Assembly: GCA_046759865.1 (NCBI GenBank)
Contig: JBHIDB010000002.1
Location: 1 to 48,122 of the forward strand
DNA length: 48,122 nt
Direction of reading: 5' to 3'
Source of the DNA: Thermoplasmata archaeon
Lineage (GTDB): Archaea; Thermoplasmatota; Thermoplasmata; RBG-16-68-12; JAJISG01
Position 1 is the first letter of the stretch, and every line of letters starts with the position of its first letter. Position numbers and translations under genes: made by a program. The notes beneath the pieces were generated by a model. That model was not told where the DNA came from, made no database searches, and saw only the letters and a list, made by a program, of their open reading frames with translations. Positions 42,184 to 48,122 of this stretch are shown here, piece after piece.

Positions 42184-42873
42184 TTGCCTGTGAAGCTCGA
42201 GGTTCTTTTCTTCGATATTGACGGAACGCTCTGCGAATACGGGCTTGCCCCAAACGCGGCCCTTCGACGCGCTTGCACGGCGGTGGGCATCGACGCGACC
42301 CTGGATCATCACGATTACTACGACCTCTACAGGCTCGTCCAGGCGGAGCGACCGGCGGCCGGGTACGAGAAGGTCAGCGACGAGGCCTACCGCAGGCTCC
42401 TGGCTTCCCACGGGTGGGACGATCCCGTCCTGGCAAAGAGGGTGGCCGCCCGGTATCGGCGGGACCGCCTGGCAAGCATCGAGCTCTACCCAGAGACGAT
42501 GGACGTCCTGGATGCCCTCCACGGCGACTATCCGCTCGGCATCATCTCCAACGGACCAGGGGAGATTCAGTGGGCCAAGGTGGAGAAGTTCCGCCTCCAG
42601 CCCTACTTCACCGCCATCGTGATCTCGGGGGAGGTCGGCACCGAGAAGCCCGAGGCCTCGATCTTCCATCTCGCCCTGGAGCGGCTCAACGGAGACGCCG
42701 GGGCGAGTGCCCACATCGGGGACAACCCCCACGACGATGTGAAGGGGTCCCGAAGGGCCGGCCTCACGAGCATTTGGGTCAATCGAGGCGTATTTCCGTC
42801 TCCCCGCGGGAACGCACGGCCCCACCATGAGATCCAGGATCTGCGGGAGCTTTTGCATCTGCTCGATGGGTGA
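42184..42873 (+). CDS. HAD-superfamily hydrolase (subfamily IA-like)
   Basis: Motif I LFFDIDGTL, motif II ISNG, motif III/IV K...HIGDNPHDDVKG. Confidence 0.85.
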   Translation: MPVKLEVLFFDIDGTLCEYGLAPNAALRRACTAVGIDATLDHHDYYDLYRLVQAERPAAGYEKVSDEAYRRLLASHGWDDPVLAKRVAARYRRDRLASIELYPETMDVLDALHGDYPLGIISNGPGEIQWAKVEKFRLQPYFTAIVISGEVGTEKPEASIFHLALERLNGDAGASAHIGDNPHDDVKGSRRAGLTSIWVNRGVFPSPRGNARPHHEIQDLRELLHLLDG

Positions 42874-44661
<1,788 letters not shown>

Positions 44662-45861
44662 CTACGTCACCCGGGACCCGTCGGGGAGGTTTCCACGGAG
44701 GGTCGATCCTGAGGCAGCCGAGGTCCGCGCCCCGACGATGGTCCCCGCCATCACGTTGACCCCACTCCCCAGGACGGAATCTTCCCCCAGGAACGAACCC
44801 ACGTGAGCGACCTCGTGCCACTCCCCCTCGATCTGAATCGTCGCCGCCTCCGCGGGGGCCGAGAAGTGAGAGGCGCTCCGGACGCCCCGTCCGAGTACGC
44901 TGTGCGAGACGTAGGAGAAGGCGCCGAGGGAGCAGTCGGGCATGATCAGGCTCTCCTCGAAAACGGAGGAGGCCCCGATGGTGACGTTTTCCCCGATGGC
45001 GGTGGAGGGATAAATCGTAGCGTGGGGCCCCACTTCGCATCCCTCGCCGATGGCGACCGGACCCTGGACGTATGCGCCCGCCCGGAGGACGGACCCTTCC
45101 CCGAGGGCCACGGGACCCCGGAGAATGACGCCCTCTTCCACCTTCCCGGCGATCTGCTCGTTCAGGGCCTGCAGGGCGACGGCGTTGACCTTGATGAGGT
45201 CCCACGGGTAGACCGCGTCGATCCAGGTCCCCTCCGTGGGAATGGCCGTGAGCTTCCGCTTCCGGGCGAGCTGCTGGAGGATGGCGGGGATGTCGAAGAC
45301 CCCCTTCTTGCCGTGCCGCTCGGCCTCCTTGAGGAAGGACGGGTCCAGCTGGTAGATGCCCGTGTTGATGAGATTTCCGATCCGCTCCTCCGGCTTCTCC
45401 ACGATGTCCTGGACGCGGGTGCCGTCGAGGGTGACGACGCCGTACTTCGAGGGTTCCTCGCTCTCCGTGATCACCACAGCCGGTGTCGCCCCCGCCTGGA
45501 GGACATCCCCCACGGTCCGGCCATCGATTACGTTGTCCCCAGCCAAGACGAGAAACTCATCCTCCAGCAGTTTTACCGCCTGAAGGAGGGCGTGAGCCGT
45601 GCCCAGCTGCTTGTCCTGGGTGACGTACTCGATCTGGGCCCCCCACTCCTTCCCGTCCTGGAAGTGGGTCATGATGCGCTCCTTCCGGTACCCCACCACC
45701 ATGACGATGTCCCGGAGCCCGTTCTCCACGAGGGCCTGGACCACGTACTCGACGATGGGCCGGTTCCCGACGGGAATCATGACCTTGGGCTCCGTGCGTG
45801 TGAAGGGTCCCAAACGCGTCCCCTCTCCCGCGGCAAGAACGACGGCCCGCAACGAGGTCAC
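44662..45861 (-). CDS. bifunctional sugar-1-phosphate nucleotidyltransferase/acetyltransferase (archaeal GlmU-like)
   Basis: AVVLAAGEGTRLGPFT..PKVMIPV, LGTAHAL and a long C-terminal hexapeptide (LbH) region. Its stop abuts the glmS start (44661/44662). Confidence 0.88.
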   Translation of the reverse strand: MTSLRAVVLAAGEGTRLGPFTRTEPKVMIPVGNRPIVEYVVQALVENGLRDIVMVVGYRKERIMTHFQDGKEWGAQIEYVTQDKQLGTAHALLQAVKLLEDEFLVLAGDNVIDGRTVGDVLQAGATPAVVITESEEPSKYGVVTLDGTRVQDIVEKPEERIGNLINTGIYQLDPSFLKEAERHGKKGVFDIPAILQQLARKRKLTAIPTEGTWIDAVYPWDLIKVNAVALQALNEQIAGKVEEGVILRGPVALGEGSVLRAGAYVQGPVAIGEGCEVGPHATIYPSTAIGENVTIGASSVFEESLIMPDCSLGAFSYVSHSVLGRGVRSASHFSAPAEAATIQIEGEWHEVAHVGSFLGEDSVLGSGVNVMAGTIVGARTSAASGSTLRGNLPDGSRVT

Positions 45862-45917
45862 CTGCGCATCCCGTACCGCCTTACGAGGGCCGCGACTAGA
45901 TTAGCTTTTCCTCTCGG

Positions 45918-46727
45918 TTATCCCCCGCCTCGGCGCGGGAGGTCAACGACACGGTAGGTCACGGGCTTCTCGGTGCCTTCGTTGGCGGCCTCGAGGCCCT
46001 TAACGACGTCCGAGGAGGAGTCCTGGGAGGCGAGGAGGAGGACGTTGATCCCGCGCTGGGCCGCCTCATGGGCGGCCGCGACAGCCGCGAACTCGAAGTC
46101 CGTCGTAATCTCTAGCTTCTCAGCGAGGACAAGGGCGACCACGTCGCTCACGCCGACCGCGCCGTTTTCAACGGAGGATACGAGGCGACGAGCCTCTTCC
46201 AGGTCGACGTCAGCCGTGCCCCCCCGAGCGGCTCCGGGAACCCGGAACACAGTAATCGTGCCGGGCTCCAGGTCCACCATCCCTTCGAGGTCGACGACCG
46301 CCACGTCCTCCCCCCGCGCCACAGACTGGAGCGAGCGCCCTCGCGACGAGGAGTCCCGCTTCGGGTAGGCCACCAGGCGGCCTCCATCCATGAAAAGGCC
46401 TACCTCGTCCCCTGCTCGGATGGGCTCGCCGGCGATGGCGGTGGTCGTGTCCAGAATCCGCGTTTCCGCGTACGACTGTTCCACGAATTCCCGCAACTCC
46501 CGGAGGCGGTCGTGGAGGGCTTCCACGCCGGCCATGGTCGGGGCGTATACCCCGTCCTCCCGCTGGACGAGTCCCTCCTCCGTGAGGGCCGCCAAATATC
46601 CAGAGACTCCTTGCACGCTGAGGTCCAGCTTCTTCGCGAGACTCTTGAGACGGGTGTGCCGTCCCGTGCTGATCTCGAGAAGGAGGAGCAGCCGGGTGCC
46701 CTCGCGGACGTCCCGCAGGAGCTTCAT
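45918..46727 (-). CDS. archaeal winged-helix transcription regulator with uncharacterised C-terminal domains
   Basis: N-terminal wHTH (TRLKSLAKKLDLSVQGVSGYLAALTEEGLV). The rest is unrecognised. I trimmed the track ORF to ATG 46727 because the extension is low-complexity and overlaps the divergent gene. Confidence 0.6.
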   Translation of the reverse strand: MKLLRDVREGTRLLLLLEISTGRHTRLKSLAKKLDLSVQGVSGYLAALTEEGLVQREDGVYAPTMAGVEALHDRLRELREFVEQSYAETRILDTTTAIAGEPIRAGDEVGLFMDGGRLVAYPKRDSSSRGRSLQSVARGEDVAVVDLEGMVDLEPGTITVFRVPGAARGGTADVDLEEARRLVSSVENGAVGVSDVVALVLAEKLEITTDFEFAAVAAAHEAAQRGINVLLLASQDSSSDVVKGLEAANEGTEKPVTYRVVDLPRRGGG

Positions 46728-46850
46728 TGCCTCGTGGATGCCCGGCGCGCTATGTAAGAATGGTGCCCGGCAGGCGCGGAGGAGGCTCTTGCGCCCAGCG
46801 AGCCGTGCCGTGTCGCCAGACGTATAGGGGACGAGGCGTAATGCGAGGGC

Positions 46851-48005
46851 GTGAACCGGGCTCTCACGGTTCTCGTCGCCGTCCTCGTTTCGGTTCTCAT
46901 CGCGGCAGGCGTCCTGATCTTCGTGTTCGTGCTTCCCCCCTTCCTTGAGGTCCCTGTGGGGAACCTCGCCCTGGAGACGGTCCACGATGGCCTAAACACC
47001 CCCGTTGCGTTCGCATTCGCACCCGACGGGCGCATCTTCTACAACGAGCTGAGCGTTGGGGGCATTCGCATCATCAAGAACGGGACCGTCCTGTCCACTC
47101 CCTTCGTCGCGCTGAATGTGGTTAGCCAGGCCGAGATGGGGCTCCTGGGCCTAGCCCTCGATCCGGACTTCACCACGGAGCCCTTCGTGTACGTCTTCTA
47201 CACCTTCCAGGACGCCGACGGGACGTTTAACCGAATTTCCCGTTTTCCCGCGAATGGCGACGTGGCCGGGTTGGAGGAGATTCTCCTCAATCGGCTCCCC
47301 GCCAACCGCTTCCACAACGGCGGGCGGCTGGGGTTCGGTCCGGACGGCATGCTGTACGCATCCCTGGGCGACACGGGTGACGCGAGCCAGTCCCAGGATC
47401 CTCAGACCCTCCCCGGCAAGATCCTACGGATGCACCGGAATGGAACCGTTCCGGGGGACAACCCGTTCTCGGCGTCCTACTCCTACCTATACGGGATTCG
47501 CAACGTCTTCGGATTCGATTTCTCGCCAACAGGAACGCTCTTCTTCACGGAGAACGGCCCCCTCGGGGACGACGAGGTCAACCTCGGCCTCCGAGGCGAA
47601 AACTACGGGTGGCCTGTGGTCCAGGGACCCAGTTCCGACCCTCGCTTCGTAAGACCGCTCGCGGTCTTCACGCCGGCCATCGCCCCGACGGGAGTGGGCT
47701 TTTACACGGGGGACCGGCTCGGCCCGGGCCACACCCAGATCCCTTACTTCGGCTCCTGGAACTTCGGCCGCCTCTATCGGCTCGTAGAAGATGCGGAGAC
47801 GGACCAAGGCTTCCGAGCGGAACTCGTCTTGGATCCCCAGGGTGGAGGGGTTCTGGATGTCGTCAACGGCCCAGACGGGTACCTCTATGTGAGCTTCCCC
47901 GACCGGATCGCACGGGTGATCCCTGAGTCCATCCAGTCCATGACTCCCACGCTCGGGCCCCTAGAGGTCGTGATTCCGGGGAGGCGCACAGGCCGTCCGA
48001 CGTGA
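46851..48005 (+). CDS. PQQ-dependent sugar (glucose/sorbosone) dehydrogenase, membrane-anchored
   Basis: N-terminal TM anchor. Blocks MGLLGLALDPDF, FHNGGRLGFGPDGMLYASLGD, LPGKILR...G..P.DNPF, YGIRN.FGFDF.P.TG.L...ENGP..DDEVN, GENYGWP. Confidence 0.85.
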   Translation: MNRALTVLVAVLVSVLIAAGVLIFVFVLPPFLEVPVGNLALETVHDGLNTPVAFAFAPDGRIFYNELSVGGIRIIKNGTVLSTPFVALNVVSQAEMGLLGLALDPDFTTEPFVYVFYTFQDADGTFNRISRFPANGDVAGLEEILLNRLPANRFHNGGRLGFGPDGMLYASLGDTGDASQSQDPQTLPGKILRMHRNGTVPGDNPFSASYSYLYGIRNVFGFDFSPTGTLFFTENGPLGDDEVNLGLRGENYGWPVVQGPSSDPRFVRPLAVFTPAIAPTGVGFYTGDRLGPGHTQIPYFGSWNFGRLYRLVEDAETDQGFRAELVLDPQGGGVLDVVNGPDGYLYVSFPDRIARVIPESIQSMTPTLGPLEVVIPGRRTGRPT

Positions 48006-48072
48006 CCGGGGCTGGGTCGCCGCCTCACAAGACTTAAGAGCGAAGCTCGACTCACCGCATCCGCCCGAGGAG

Positions 48073-48122
48073 GGGCCGGTGGCTTAGGTTGGTCTAGAGC
48101 GCCCGGCTGATAGGTTCTCGGA
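48073..48122 (+). tRNA. 5' portion of a tRNA gene, probably tRNA-Ile(GAT) with an intron after position 37, truncated by the window edge
   Basis: Acceptor GGGCCGG, T8, D-arm GCTT/AGGTTGGTCTA/GAGC, anticodon 5' stem CCCGG and loop start CTGATA (GAT at 48109-48111). The next bases, GGTTCTCGGA, cannot pair with CCCGG, so an intron at the canonical 37/38 site is inferred. Confidence 0.55.

Noticed and set aside
41791-42858. 355-aa minus-strand ORF (also 9137-10066, 19084-20067, 34945-35844 and 33099-33920 on the minus strand)
   Set aside because: All are antisense to motif-bearing genes. They are GC-driven open frames.
44803-45957. 384-aa plus-strand ORF
   Set aside because: It is antisense to the GlmU-like gene and has biased composition with no motifs.

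Overview
GC-rich archaeal chromosomal segment. The archaeal call rests on an Sm-like protein, flap endonuclease FEN1, a split transketolase, intron-containing tRNAs, and TATA-like boxes about 26-30 nt upstream of start codons (leaderless mRNAs). A Thermoplasmatota-like euryarchaeon is only a low-confidence guess. I support about 45 CDS, one complete tRNA-Asp(GTC) and two tRNA genes cut by the window edges. I saw no rRNA, CRISPR array, transposase or integrase. Most genes are housekeeping: a non-oxidative pentose-phosphate cluster (rpe, split tkt, transaldolase), UDP-GlcNAc synthesis (glmS plus a GlmU-like gene, and a mutase plus a sugar-1-P nucleotidyltransferase), pyrD, pckA, hisS, fen, cytochrome oxidase subunits III/IV, and a MoxR-DUF58-DUF4129 cluster. 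Two regions stand out. (1) A single 6.9-kb gene (24686-31609, minus) encodes a 2307-aa cytoplasmic protein. It has an N-terminal zinc ribbon, about 22 copies of a ~63-66-aa helical repeat, two duplicated beta-sandwich plus longin/roadblock-like modules, and a C-terminal domain that resembles the C-terminal extension of archaeal-type isoleucyl-tRNA synthetase. I cannot assign it to any characterised family. (2) A tightly packed four-gene operon (15071-19752, plus) encodes secreted or membrane-anchored proteins of unknown function, two of which share a Cys-containing beta-rich domain. Many long ORFs in the six-frame track are antisense or alternative-frame artefacts caused by the high GC content. 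All homology statements come from motif recognition by eye; no searches were run.
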